Positions 13,122 to 26,787 of a stretch of 64,000 nt of DNA are shown in pieces; within the stretch, counting starts at the first letter, position 1, and each line of letters opens with the position of its first letter. A program made the position numbers and the translations under genes. Source of the DNA: Takakia lepidozioides. Its lineage: Eukaryota; Plantae; Bryophyta. The notes beneath the pieces were generated by a model. The model searched no databases, had not been told where the DNA came from, and saw only the letters and a list, made by a program, of their open reading frames with translations. Where the stretch lies: NCBI GenBank assembly GCA_030704615.1, contig CM060732.1, positions 59,024,001-59,088,000 on the forward strand, written 5' to 3'.

Positions 13122-14735
13122 TTTGTCTAGTGTAAATTGCGGCGCCCTTATTCTAATTGTGGGGAATCTTATGTCAAAATAACGACCTTGTTTTTGTGCA
13201 ACCTCTTCTATTTGACACATTCACCAAGAAGAATTCAATTTTGAATTCTGGGGAGACGGTTGTATGGTTGACTCCATAGTGGACCCTATAGAGTATGACA
13301 TTCTCTTCAACCATGTCTCACCACGCAATATTCCATGGGACATGAGGGGGAGGGCTTGGAGGCATGGGAGGACAAGAAGTCCCACTTTCATTCAAATGCT
13401 GATGGAAACATGTTCAAGCATAGAAGGCAGGATGTTGGACATTGCAGCCAACACAAGTAGGAGATTCTTGTAGTTGCGGTGTCGTTATTAGAGTCCATTG
13501 TCCTCTATAGATATTCATGGATTTACTATGCCTACTCACGATTGTTGTTGACATATTTGTTCTTGATCACTAGACTCATGGATAGGTGCTTCAATGTACT
13601 GGGCCGGGCGCGAGTCTAGTCGGCATGTCTTCGCATTTGAAGGAAAAACAGCCTTCTACGACTCCCATGTAGCGGGCCTGCAGCAGTTGCCAGCAGAGGA
13701 GGAGCATGAGGACGATGAGGACTGCAAGAAAGGACCTTCTGGCAAAGAATGACATTTGTATTTCAGTCTTTGTTTCATCAACCATCTCCTCACTGGACGA
13801 GTCTGCAAGGCTGTAACATGGCAGTTTGTAAATATTGTCATATGTCAACAAACGTTTAGGGTTTATAATGGTCAAACATGGATGTCGCTATAATTGAACC
13901 CAACACACTTACAATGGTGCAACTCACTCAAATACATGCAGAAGCGGCTTCTCCCGTACTTGAGTCTCCTCAACTTCGGTCTCCTCCTCCCCTTCTTATT
14001 TCTTCTCCCATTGTATGCAAACACGGCTGCTAGAGATCCATTAGGAGGGCGGAGAGGCCTAATCGGGTAGAGCAATTACTGGCTTCAAGAAATGAGAGAA
14101 TACAATTGAGGGAGGCCCAATACAAGAATTGTCAAGGCCAAAGTACTCAAGTTTATCGCTATGTCCACGTCTGAAAGTGACGGCGATGAGGAGGGCACTT
14201 TGCAAGCTTAGGTGGAGAGTGAATGGCAATTTCCTAACCTCTCTTCAGTCAGTGTGGGATTTATTTAGTCTTAAAAAAAGCCAATTCAACTATATTATGT
14301 GATGGGACCTCTTATCTTTGACAGAAAAATGACACAACAATAGGCTAGTATAAGGTGTTGGGAACAACAAGACCTTTACAAATGATATAATAGTGTTGCA
14401 ATAAGCCAATGTCAAACTTTACTTTATAATTTTGGGTGACCACAAACAAAAAAACGTCGCAGCAATAGGCCGGTCTCAAGTCATCACTACCAAGAAATTT
14501 TTCGAGAAGCACGAAGCTGGTATTACGGCACCGTGATTAACCCATCTCCTGCCATTTTTAATTTTTTTTCCAAACCCTAAATGTGAATAACGGCGCCGCA
14601 ATAGGCCTAGCCGCGTCCCCGGAGTTCAGAAACAGTGCCTATTACCGTGGATATATGCCCTATTACCGTCACTAACGGCATATTATTTCTAATTCCGTGG
14701 ATGCACGCTCATGGGCTCATGAAATAGTAAACCTC
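13122..14735 (+). mobile_element. Duplicate of MTase-carrying DNA transposon terminal fragment (paralogue A')
   Basis: Copy of 5065-6671; ends GAAATAGTAAACCTC at 14735. Confidence 0.7.
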
Positions 14736-17286
14736 GACTCAGGGAGGAGCAAACTCTCAGGGGTGCCACACAGGACTTGGTGGATAATCACCTTATGCAA
14801 GTATGGTTAGCACAAGGGCCGGTAGAAGGCAAAGCACCAAGGAAGCTCACCCAGGGAGAGATGAATGATCTCAGATTCCAGGTGCAGAACATTGCCACAA
14901 CTACTATAGACAATGTCTATAGTAGGATAGCGGAGTTACAGGATGATGTGGAAGGCCTGCAGACTCAAGTGGATAATCTGAGTTCAAATATTGACAAGAG
15001 AGTCTTTATTCCTGAGGAGCAGCTGGTGGCTACTTATTTGCATGCCAGAACTTTGATTTTTCAGTCTTCTTCACAGGAAGTGCAGGAGTTACCCGTGGTA
15101 GAAGGGCCGGTGGTGGCAATATCACAGCCCCCACAGCAGGTGCCTGTGCAGATGACTGACCCTGTTGCTACTATGGCAAAGCCACAGCCTGAGGTTTGGG
15201 GGGATGCTGCTTTTAACCCACCTAGGACTCATGCTGCACGGGAGTACAATCGGGCTATGATTATGCCCTTCAACCAAATTCCCATTGTGCTGGATTTGGT
15301 TTAGAAGGAATTTAGTCCTTCACAGTCGTTGGCACATTACTATCAGATCATGCGCATTGGTTGCCAGTGGCAACTCGGACTAAAGTTCTTCCGAACAATC
15401 GACCTATTGAGGATCATCACTTTGCAAGATACTGGTCTGAGGCAGGCACCATGCTGAAGGAATTAATTGCCTTCCAGGTTGTGCATGGGTACATCTATGC
15501 CAAGACCAAAGAGGTATCTAGTATTGTCATGGGATGTGGATTATACTATGCTGCTTGTTTCCTGGCACGGTATCACATTGAGCAGCAGAAGATGCAATCA
15601 CGATTTCTGAGTTATTCCAGTGGGGATCATTGGGTCTTACCTTCAGTGCCACCTCATATGTATCTGTATGATGCGAAAGTTATGATGCAGAAGGATTCAC
15701 AACTTCGTTCATGGTTTAATTTGGCTTGGAACAACTTGGCAATAGAGAAATTGGGCCTTGATGATATTTTCTATAAGGGACATGAGGCCTGGAAAAACTT
15801 ACACTGTTCCAAAGTCATTGGCACACCTCTTACCTATACGGCTAAGGAGTTCAGGGCGTTCACTCATTTTGCTTGCACGCGCTTACAGCAAGTAGTACAG
15901 TTTAAGCTTCCCGACATGGTGGGACAACATTATATGCCACGCAGGATTCCGGAGAGGCCACTTAAAGTTCGGCCGTTGAAACACCTAAGGTGGGACGATG
16001 ATTCTGATACTACTGGTTCTTCAGGGGACTCTTTTGACATGGCAGAGGACTATGCACTCCAGATGGCAGAAAAGAAAAGACGGGGATCTCCTATGCCTGA
16101 GAGGTTACCTCGTTATCAACCACAGGAGGGTTAGACATTTCCAGGTAGTGCTCAATCGCCTCCATCAGCCAGTGACAGGGCTCGAGCTCGCATACGGAGT
16201 CTTTCCTGAGACTCTCGCCGTCAAAAGGGTGCTCGCTCACAAAGGTTTGCTAATCCTAAACAGTAAACCGTGAGGACACGGCTTTTTGAGAGGGGGAGGG
16301 GTAATGTTAGAGGGCTGCTTGGGACTTAGACGCTTTTACGGGTTCTATGGGGTACCCTTAATTTTTGCGCAGACTTACGGATGGTAGACTGAGACCAACA
16401 GGAGCCTTAGGGGTGGCAGGCGCAGGCTTTAGGGGGGGTAGACAGCCCACACAGCCCGACACAGCCAGACACAGCTTCGCACAGCCAGTCACAGCCCGTC
16501 ACAATCTGACACAGCCCGACACAGCTTCGCACAGCCAGTCACAGCCCGTCACAGTCTGACACAGCCCGACACAGCTTTGCACAGCCAGTCACAGCCCAAC
16601 ACAGCTTTACACAGCCAGTCACAGCTCAACACAGTCACAGCTTGACACAGCCTATCACGGCGTACATGGGGAACGGTTATCATTGACAGGGAACGACATT
16701 TGCAGAGGGAACGTGTTACTTCAGGGGTGACGGTTAGTTAGTTAGGTGGTTATAACAGCTTGCGGGTAGATTAGGCAGGGCGGCAACAGGAAGGGGATCA
16801 CTTCACAAGATTACTTCTTGAGGAGTGCGACTTGGTCAGGGGAGGAGGAGACGAAACGGAGAGTGGAACAGTGAAGAGGAGATGATGATTTGATTGAGAC
16901 TTAATTCATGCAAGCTGTAGAATCATACAGTAGGGTAGAATAGGGACACTATGGCATAGGCCTGATACTTGATTAATCTTAATCTGATACTTATTCGATA
17001 CAAACATACTGTGTAGAGGGACATGAGAGAAGCTGTGGAATGAATGCATGATTAATTGGAACTTGGTAGATACTGAAGCAATCTGATGCTTCAGTATACA
17101 CAGTAAGGTAAATTGATAACATGAAGGCAAGAAGGAATACAAATAGGAAGCACAACCATGATTCACTAGCTGTAGGTCATGACTGATTGTTCTGAGCGGG
17201 CTGAGTGCTTAGAGATATCCAACTCTTCTATCTTGGAGTTTCCACCTCGGATAGCGAAGGGATGGGTGAGTAAAAGCCGCTCGACA
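14736..17286 (+). mobile_element. Duplicate LTR element 3' part (ORF remnants 14777-16134; LTR 16305-17286)
   Basis: Copy of 6672-9189. Confidence 0.8.
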
Positions 17287-17689
17287 CAGCTTCAAGTGAG
17301 AAATACTTATTGTTTTTTATTGAGTCCCAGATGTCCTAGTCCAGAAGCAATACGAAACACCACCCTATAAGTACAGCCTATATCACAAGACTGCCATAGT
17401 CTGTTAAGCTCTTGAAAAATTCATATTTGTGCCTCTGGTTTGCGATCCTCAATTTGAAGGGTACTAACTTTGCATTAGGAAGTTAAAGGTTGCCACTTAC
17501 CCCTATAAGTAAGTGGTCTTTTAGAATTTAAAAATTGAGACTGTCAGCTTCTATGCTACTTAGATTTAACCAGTTCGGGTACATTGATAAATGCAAGGAA
17601 ATGCGGATATGGCAAACCATCAAGCATCCATCTACAAACCTGTCATCAAGTTCTGAAAGCAACCCTTGCACAAAACCAAAAGTAGTTTT

Positions 17690-18410
17690 TCCACTTACCA
17701 TAAGCTGGAGGATTTTGGACTGCAACTTGGAGCACGGAGAAGAAATCAGTGTACACCGCCCCTAACCCTGGCAGCTGGCTCTCAAGTCAGCGAGCATGCT
17801 TATTACGGCACTGTTAAACCTCAGAGCCATAGTTTGCAGAAAAGGCACACATGCCCCCATGCTGTGGGTATCTGCTGAGCTGTGAGGGGACACACCCCAG
17901 TGGTCCAAGACTAGCCACTCCAATCTTTCTGGCCCCCAGGTTGTAGAGAAACTGCGACAACACATGGAGGCAATCTGAAATGACTCAACTTCAATTTCAC
18001 ACTTACCAACTTCAGTCCACTGTTAGAAATCTGCATGCCCTACGAGGAAGATCTACATTTCAGAGCTGCATTTCTAGGTGTATACAATAAATCAGTAAGT
18101 AAACACACAAGCTTGACAATGCACTTTTGTAGTGTTATTCGAAGCCATTGAGAATACAGGATTTTACCCCAATCTGAGAAGAGAGCGTTGATATAAGAAG
18201 GTCTTGAAACTCCGACGGTGTATACAGGCTGGGCCACTTGCTTTGCAAAAGCCCATAGTATCCATTGTCAAAATCGTCAGCCCCAGAGACAATGTAGAAG
18301 AGTGCCCATGCAAAGAAATCACGGCTAGCCTCATGCCCAAGCCTCTCATAAATTTCTTCCTTCACTTTCTGGAAGGCCTCTATCTGCCATGACAACGGAA
18401 TAACTTCGCC
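17690..18410 (-). pseudogene. GDSL lipase fragment (duplicate)
   Basis: Copy of 9590-10310. Confidence 0.7.
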
Positions 18411-18663
18411 CTGCCATCATTCGTGAACATCATCCGTTAATCTTCTTGGAAAACTGACACAGTGAAATTTCCAACTCGGGCGAACATGCATTGAACGTCA
18501 ACAAAGCCATTTACCACGTCATTGTCAAGACATAACCTAACAAACGTACAACGTCCAAGCCAGTGTAGTTGAGGATGCCCGTGGCCCCTGATGCAAAATT
18601 CACGCCCTACAGTAGACGTTCACCTTTCGTTGCGGGATTGGCAGTAAGGGCAAACCCAAGAAC

Positions 18664-18860
18664 TCAGCTGGCAGCCTCCAACTCGTGAGCACGCTCTCGT
18701 TCACATAGATCATGCATCATCTTTTGACGCTTTTCACTCTGTTGTTTTTCATTATTTGAACGCTCTCTGCGTACAAGAAGTAGCTCATCATACACAACAC
18801 GAGCCTTCTCATCCCCAAGAACTTCATAGGCCTTTTGCAGCCTCACAAACTCAGCAGCCG
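18664..18860 (-). pseudogene. DNAJC17/Cwf23-like fragment (duplicate)
   Basis: Copy of 10563-10760. Confidence 0.65.
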
Positions 18861-19234
18861 CTAGCCAAGAACACACCACGCAGAAACCCTCGACAGTCAT
18901 TGTGAAGGTCAAAGAGGGAAACCACACGGTGGATCACCAACCACTCACGACAGTAGCCGCAACGGCCTTGTAAAATTAAGGCATGTGGAAGCTGGAAGGT
19001 ATGTTGAGGCGGTACGACTTTAGTCTTTCGGCGGCGCTCCCGCCCACTTTTTGCGTTCCAAATGATGTTGTGATTGGTCAGACATGATTTCATGTCAGGT
19101 GTGGTCTAGTAGTGATATAGTGGTCTGTGAAGCTACCTTTATAATGTGTATGTGGGCTTTTTCATGTGGGAGTACAGCCAAGGGGCCATAGTATTCACAT
19201 TACTTTAGAAACATGAAACAATGGTCTGATGAAT

Positions 19235-22200
19235 TAAAACAACCCTGAGTTTTGACAGGAATCACTCTGAACAATCTTTTTACAGTTCAGGTCTTGATGG
19301 AACCATAATCACAAGATCTACACATCCCTTTTGAAAAAAAGGTGAACCATAGTCCCTGCCCTATAAAAACCAGTGACTATTTCAAGATTAACCAACTCTA
19401 ATATGCACAGCACCGGTTATCACATCCGGTCCACCCAGCCGCCACGCCGTGCCTAATTCATGCATCAGTTCTATCAAATCCTAGTGTCCTCCAAGCCACC
19501 ATCCTCAATCATTTTCTCCTCTCCTCGTGTCTGCCAGAACCGCCGCTCTTTCTTCGTGTACAGGTGACCTTCACCACGTGTTGACCTCCTTGGCAGGTGA
19601 TTAGTACTCAAAGCTGGCAGTTGTTTCTCCAAACCTTCACGTGACACTGCTCCAGCTTTCCCCCACCTGTCATTCACACCGCCCCATGGCATTTTCCACC
19701 CAGAAGTCATTCAGACTTGTTACTTAGAGGGCCATAACAAACTCCCCCACTAAAGATTCATCATTGTCCGCAATGATAGTGAAATGGGGAAAATCCAATT
19801 GTAGGTCACTCTATTTTTCCCAAGTAGCTTCAGATTCTGGATAGTGATACCACTTGACAAGATGTTCACGATATGAACGATTTCGAAGGTGTTTCGTTCT
19901 TGTCTCCAGAATAGATTCAGGTTCAGCCAATAACTGACCTTCATTCATAACTTTGGGTAGTTCGGGTAGAATATGACTGGGGTCTGCCACATATTTCCTT
20001 AGGAGGCTGACATGAAAGACGTCATGGATTTTCCAAGTAGCTGGCAGATCTAGCTGGTATGCGACAGATCCATAATGCTTTAAGATCACAAAAGGTCCAC
20101 AAAATTTTGGGGACAGCTTAGGACACTTGCTCAATTTCAACTGGCTTCTTTTAGGAGCAACTTTCAAGAAGACATTGTCGCCTACCTCAAATTCACGGAA
20201 GCTTCTGTGCTTGTCAGCATAGAACTTGGCTCTTTCTTGAGCACTTCTCATGCTTCTCTTTACCAAATCCAACACCGAGTGCATTTCACGGACCATGTCA
20301 TTGACAAACTAGACCTTAGACAATGGCGTGGAAAGAGAAGATGGGGTTAAACAATCACGTCCATAGGTGCTTGAAACGGGCTCATTCCGATGGCACTATG
20401 GAAATTCTTGTTATAGGCGAACTCTATCAAATACAAGTACTGCTCCCAGGAAGTCTGTCTCTGACCAACATACATTCTCAGCATATCCTCAATGATTCGG
20501 TTGGTCCGTTCTGTTTGGGCATCTGTTTCGGGATGATATGCAGTACTAAGTCTCAACTTGGTTCCCAAAAGCTTAAACAAAGCAGTCTAAAAATGACTTG
20601 TGAACTTCGTGTCCCTATCGCAAATGATCTCACGAGGTATCCCGTGGATCCGAAAGATTTCTTTCATGAAGAGTGAAGCCACCTCATGGGCAGTGATTGT
20701 CATTTTTGTGGGAATCAAGTGTGCTGTCTTAGACAGTCTATCAGCAACCACCATGATGCTATTATGTCCATTTCTGATCCGTGGCAGTGCCACTATAAAA
20801 TCCATACTTATCGATTCCCAGTTTCCACTAGGAACACTTAGTGGTTGTAATAATCCAGGAAGACGTATCCTTTCTGATTTTGAGACTTGACATGGAAAGC
20901 ATATATCCACATATTCTTTGATCTGTCTCTTCATTCCTGGCCAGAAATATTGTTTTTTAACGGCCACATAGGTTCTCTGAAAGCCCGGATGTCCAGCTAT
21001 GGGAATATTATGACAATCATAAATGATACACAGTCGCAAATCCTGTAAAGAGGGAATGCACATACGTATGTGATAATATAATATCCCATCACGCAACAAG
21101 TATGGACGGTACTTGTCAATCTCATCAGAGATCCGACGGTCATGCAAGAGGCTTTCATATGGTGCTTTGAAAAATACATCATCGGCATAATGATTCTTCA
21201 CATCATCAATCATAGAGCTTTTCACAAGCGACACAGCATTGACCATCGGCCTTCTAGAGAGTGCATCTGCCAGTACATTCTCTTTTCCCTTCACATACCG
21301 CAAATCATAATGAAACTGCTGAAGGAATTCAACCCATCAAATCTGACGACGACTCAAATTGGGTTGTGTCTGAGATATTTTAAACTCTCATGATCCATTT
21401 CAATTGTAAAGTCCACAGGAAGCAAGTAGTGCCTCCATATCTTCAGTGCGTGAATCATAGCCAAAAGTTATTTTTCATGAACAGGATAATTCTGTTCAGC
21501 TGGACTGAGCTTTCTGGACTCATAGGCAATAACCTGACAACTTTGCATCAATACTGCTCCAATAGCGAGGTCACTCGCATCAGTGCAAATCACTATCTCA
21601 TTCTTGGTAGGATCAATTAGCTTCAAGACTGGAGCATGAGTCAATGCAAACTTTAGCTTGTCAAAGCTAACATCACAATCTGGAGTCCAAGCTTCATTCC
21701 AATCTTTAGAAGTGGAGTTCTTTAGTAGATCAGTCATCGGGGTTGCAATGCGAGAGAATGATTTGACAAACTTTTGCAGAAAGCTAGCAAACCCAACAAA
21801 GCTTCTGACTTCTGTTTTATCTTTGGGTTTGGGCCATTTGGCCACAGCCTGAATCTTCTTTGAATCAATGGACACCCCATCCTTTGAGATATGAAATCCC
21901 AAATAGTCCATATGATCTACAAAGAACTCACATTTACGTTTCTTTGCAAACAGATGATTCTGCCTTAAGATATCCAAGACCATTCTCAAATGTTGTTCAT
22001 GCTCTTCTTCTATTTTAGAAAATACCAGGATGTCATCCATAAAGACAAGAACCATCTTGCCAAGGTATTTTCAAAACAGAGAGTTCATCAAGTGCATGAA
22101 CGTAGCTGGAGCATTGGTAAGTCCAAATGACATTACCGCATATTCATAATGGCCAAAGCGTGATCGGAATCCAGTATTAGGAATATCTGCATCCTTTAAT

Positions 22201-24908
22201 TCGTATCTGGAGGTAACCTGATAGCAGATCAAGTTTGGAAAAGACCTTACTCGCATATAGGTGATCAAAGATATCATCAATGCGTGGAAGTGGGTATTTA
22301 TTCTTGATTGTCATTTTATTTATTCACCTATAGTCCACACACAGTCTTAACCCACCATCTTTTTTCTTTCTGAACATGACTGGAGCGCCCCAAGGGGATT
22401 TGCTAGCCCGAATATACCCCTTCTCAAGTAAGTCACTCAATTGTTTTTCAAGTTCTTCAGTTTCTGCAATTGAGTGCCGATAGAGTGCTCGTGCAAATGG
22501 TATTGAATCGGCCACCAATTCGATGGCATGATCAATATCACGTACATGAGGCATTCCAGGGATTTCCTCAGGAAACATATCCCGATAATCATTCAGAATT
22601 GCTTCTGTTCTGACATGTACTCATGTACTTTTAATATCTGATCCAGACAGACTTTCATGCACGCTCAGGGCAAAAATCTGACCACTTCCCTTACGCGCAC
22701 ACCTTTTCATCTGAACAGCAGACATCAGAGGAACATTGGGGAGGGCTCGAGTACCTTTTAATTCAAAGGTTTTGCCAAAGGGTAAGGTACCGCTCACCAA
22801 CCCACGTTTGCAAGCCACCATCACATCCACAGTGTCAAGCCATTGCATCCCCAAAATGCAGTCGTAGCAAGCGCCGTTCCAGACTTCAAAATTTGCCTTC
22901 GTGTGCACCCCTTGCATGACAACTGGCACAGCTGAAAGATGTTGTTGAGTGGTCTCCACCCCACCATTTGGTAGCATAATCTGAGATGGCTGCACCTCCT
23001 CCTGAGACAATCCCAACTTGTCTGCAAAGGATTTTGACAACATGTTATGGGTGCTACTAGTGTCAATCAACAACATTGTTGGTTTCCCCGCCACCTGTCC
23101 CTGAACTCGAATAACATTGTGGTTGTAGGCCACTACACCATCGACAACTGCAGCTGACACCCTCATATTGGGACCCTTTCCAGTGGCCGATCCTAAACAA
23201 TTTCCGAGGTCTGTAATGGTTACGGTTCTTCCACTACCAAGGCTGTAGTCTGTCGGAATTGGCGTTCAGGACAATCTGCTGACCGATGGCCAGGCTTGTG
23301 ACAATTGAAACAGAGCCCCTTCCTAAGATGTTCTTCCTGTTCCCTGGGACTTAGGCGCGGTGGATTTCCAACAGTTGGTTTCTGTCGTCTCTGATTGTCG
23401 TTGTTCTTGTAGGGTTTGAACCTCTTCCAATTTCCCTTCCTTGCTGGGGTGATCTTGGGAGAAAATGTCATCTTCTCCTTATTTTCCCCTGCACGAGCCG
23501 AGTATGCCACTCGATGTGCCTTGATTTCACATTCAAAATTGTAAGCCAATCTATAGGCTTCAACCCTAGTGCGGGGATTGTGGGCTTTGACCTTATATTT
23601 CAAAGAGTCATTTAGGCCATCCACAAAAAAATCCACCCTGTCATCTTCACTGAGAGTTGGAAAATAGCTGGCATGCATTTCGAATTTGGTCTTGAACTCC
23701 ACCACATTAGAACTTTCATGTTTCAGGGTGAAGAGTTCAACCTTCATCTTATGAGCGTAATCTCCAAGGAGATAGTGGGCCAGAAACACTGATCGAAACT
23801 TCTCCCAAGTATCAATTGGGGTTTGCCATGTTCACGGTGTTCCTTTTTGTGACAAGACCACCACAATTTTGCTGCATCCCGAAGTTGTAGGGTTGTCGTT
23901 CTAATTTTTGCTTCTTCAGGGTAATCCTCTTCAAAGAATTCCTCGAGTGTTTCTAGGAACGACAAAATCTCTTCTGGCTTGGCAGAAGTCTTACCCACAA
24001 CGGCAACTTCACCATTCGTTTGATCTCGCGAGTTACATCTTTGTTTCTCTTGGCTCTGAACTCTAAGGAGCTAGCGTCGAATTGTGATTCGGCCTAGATT
24101 TGCAATTCGTCATTTGAAGCCCCTAAGGTTCTTTTCGCACTCGATTTCTCTTTTGCTGGTTGAAGTTTCTGGACTTCAGATCGAATGAGTGCACCTAGGG
24201 CTTCTATCTGTGCATTTGAGAAAAGCTGACCTTGGCGATCTTCCTTACGCCGAGAGCTACGAGCATCTGAAGGTTCCATCTCTTCTGAGTTGTCGTACGA
24301 GTTGCGCCGCACGTTACTCTCCGATCCTGGCAACGGGAGCTTGCTCATAAATCCAAACGTTCTTTTTTTCTGCCCTTATCGTACACAGGCTCTGATACCA
24401 CTTAAAACAACCCTGAGTTTTGACAGGAATCACTCTGAACAGTCTTTTTACAGTTCAGGTCTTGATGGAACCATAATCACAAGATCTACACAGCCCTTTT
24501 GAAAAAAAGGTGAACCATAGTCCCTGTCCTATAAAAGCCAGTGACTATTTCAAGATTAACCAACTCTAATATGCACAGCACCGGTTATCACATCCGGTCC
24601 ACCCAGCCGCCACACCGTGCCTTACTCATGCATCAGTTCTATCAGATCCTAGTGTCCTCCAAGCCACCATCCTCAATCATTTTCTCCTCTCCTCATGTCT
24701 GCCAGAACCGCCGCTCTTTCTTCGTGTACAGGTGACCTTCACCACGTGTTGACCTCCTTGGCAGGTGATTAGTACTCAAAGCTGGCAGTTGTCTCTCCAA
24801 ACCTTCACGTGACACTGCTCCAGCTTTCCCCCACCTGCCATTTCACACCGCCCCATGGCCTTTTCCACCCAGAAGTCATTCAGACTTGTTACCTAGAGGG
24901 CCATAACA
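19235..24908 (-). mobile_element. Full-length Ty3/gypsy chromovirus, gag-PR-RT-RH-INT-chromodomain, frameshifted
   Basis: LTRs 19235-19739 and 24403-24908; tRNA-iMet PBS TGGTATCAGAGCC at 24388-24400; PPT near 19741-19755; TSD TGAAT/TGAAC; knuckle CFNCHKPGHRSADC, protease LIDTSSTHN, RT FMDDIL, integrase ISMDFI/TDAQTER, chromodomain HLVKWYHYPESEATWE. Confidence 0.95.
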
Positions 24909-25074
24909 TGAACAGTCGGGAAACTGTTGCAGAGCATCTGAGGTGTGCACATACTCCATTGTTTCGTCAAAGTACCGGTGACCATTAAAGATATATCTCA
25001 CAGAAGAGCAGTGCTAAGAATGTATGTAGGGGTTGTGGAAAGGCAGTCTAGCTCATTTGAATAATCACATCTCA

Positions 25075-25202
25075 AGTAGTCAAGTGTCACCATTTGAATG
25101 CACTCTTCATCTTACTGTTTGAGTGCTGATCTGTGGCTCGAGTAGTCAAGTGTCACCATTTAAATGCACTCTTCATCTTACTGTTTGAGTGCTGATCTGT
25201 GG
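25075..25202 (+). repeat. Two-copy 66-bp tandem repeat
   Basis: AGTAGTCAAGTGTCACCATTT...GCTGATCTGTGG at 25075 and 25141. Confidence 0.8.
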
Positions 25203-25924
25203 AAGTGGGCAAGCAGCTATTTGTGGATTCAGTAGCATTTTCGTGAGGGCTAGCAACGACACATCCACCTTTGATCCCTCGACAGGATTGAGTGTTGGTG
25301 CACTAAGTGTTGGGCACGGAAACCGCCGGGCGGCGCATCGTTGGCAGAGAACGCATATGGGCATTGGGCAGGCTTTCCAATTGGCGTGTCCTGTGTGGCT
25401 ATGCTTATGGGTCTTTTGTACATCAGATACATTACACTGGAACAACAAGAGAAACTGAATAAAAATTATGTGTACAAGCTGGAGAGGTAAGATACAACTT
25501 TTGCTTTCAATACTAATGAGGTCTTTTGGCAAATCAACTGCCATCTTTCTTTGGCAACTTTGATGCGCAAGCTGCTGCAGCTAGCCTTCCCTCAAGTACG
25601 AACTCAGTATCCTTGTTTGTAGTGTCCAACATATTTTTGGTATTCTGCCAGTCTAGGAAGTAGTGCCTGAATTATAGTAAAACAGACCCCAATGAAAGTT
25701 GTATCATGCTCAAAAAGATGTTTCATTTTATTGGCCAGGCAGATTGGAGGAGTTTTGCTCATTGTCAGACCCATTCTTTTTGAACCCCTATCGTGCAAGA
25801 AACTTCAACCTCTGTGATGGCTTGTAGTGAATGGATAGTTGCCTTGGGCGCCCAGGTCCAGAGCGTTTAAGTCTGTATGATGGGGGATAACAGGGATTGA
25901 CATAGGGGTACTCTCAAATTACAG

Positions 25925-26016
25925 GATCCACTTGTGGGGGAACTCTCCTATTGGCATATGCAACAGGCTATGTAGCACCACTTTTGGTTGCAGCCTCATT
26001 TGCTAGTGCCCTCCAG
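25925..26016 (+). pseudogene. ccdA: Isolated exon of cytochrome c biogenesis protein CcdA
   Basis: AG|DPLVG(frameshift)TLLLAYATGYVAPLLVAASFASALQ|GTAAG, matching my recollection of the plant CcdA C-terminal TM segment; no flanking exons seen. Confidence 0.65.
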
Positions 26017-26787
26017 GTAAGATCTCTCTCTCATACACTTTCTTGCAATGTCAAAAAAATTGGTAAGATATATGTACCGTTCAAAGGAAGTAACCTTATT
26101 GTGATGTTGCTTCTAATTGATGCTTTGGTATAATATTTGTTGAGTCAACAATCCAATTGGAAGGTGGGTAGATGAAGCTTGATCCCTTCCGTATCGCTTA
26201 AACTTTTTGGTGTTGTGGATGCAGCGGAGCGCTCTTGTTGGGAGGAGGGTTGTCTTCGTTCTTGACTCGCACCTTTCCAGAAACTTCCATGAGTATGATG
26301 AACATGAACATATAGAAAGGTGGGTGATCATCATTACAATAGACCCCCAATCGCGCCCATGGAACTGCAAGGGCTCAACTTCCCATATACATTTGGAGAT
26401 GGACCGGCCAGTGCACATGTTAGGAATGCTATGCGTGGCATAATTTGTTGGGTGGGATTGGTTGTGAAATGCAGCCCTTTTACCTTGGGAAAATGGCAAG
26501 AGGGAAGAGAGGGATTGATTTCCGTGATGTGCGTGTGCGAGAGAGTCTTCTACAGAAGTGATCCTTCAATTTCCATGATTTGAGGACCTGTCCCCATCTG
26601 TTTATTTCGCTCTCTAATGACTGTATCTATCACATCACAGAAGTCATGTGACCTTAGGTGATGGCTGCTACCCAAATTGCAAAATTCCTGGGGATGACTG
26701 TCCTCTAAGAACGACCTCTGATCCCTTTTATTTGCTGAACAACTAGACCGGCCTTGAATATCTTTGGTCATCATATTGAGTGATACC

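Larger units (their letters stand above)
12934..21043 (+). repeat. Second unit of ~8.1 kb tandem duplication of 4877-12918
   Basis: Colinear and near-identical, differing mostly by small indels plus some substitutions; ~15 bp filler at 12919-12933. Confidence 0.9.

Noticed and set aside
25189-25798. Additional captured gene fragments
   Set aside because: Exon-like stretches are present, but I could not assign them to any family.
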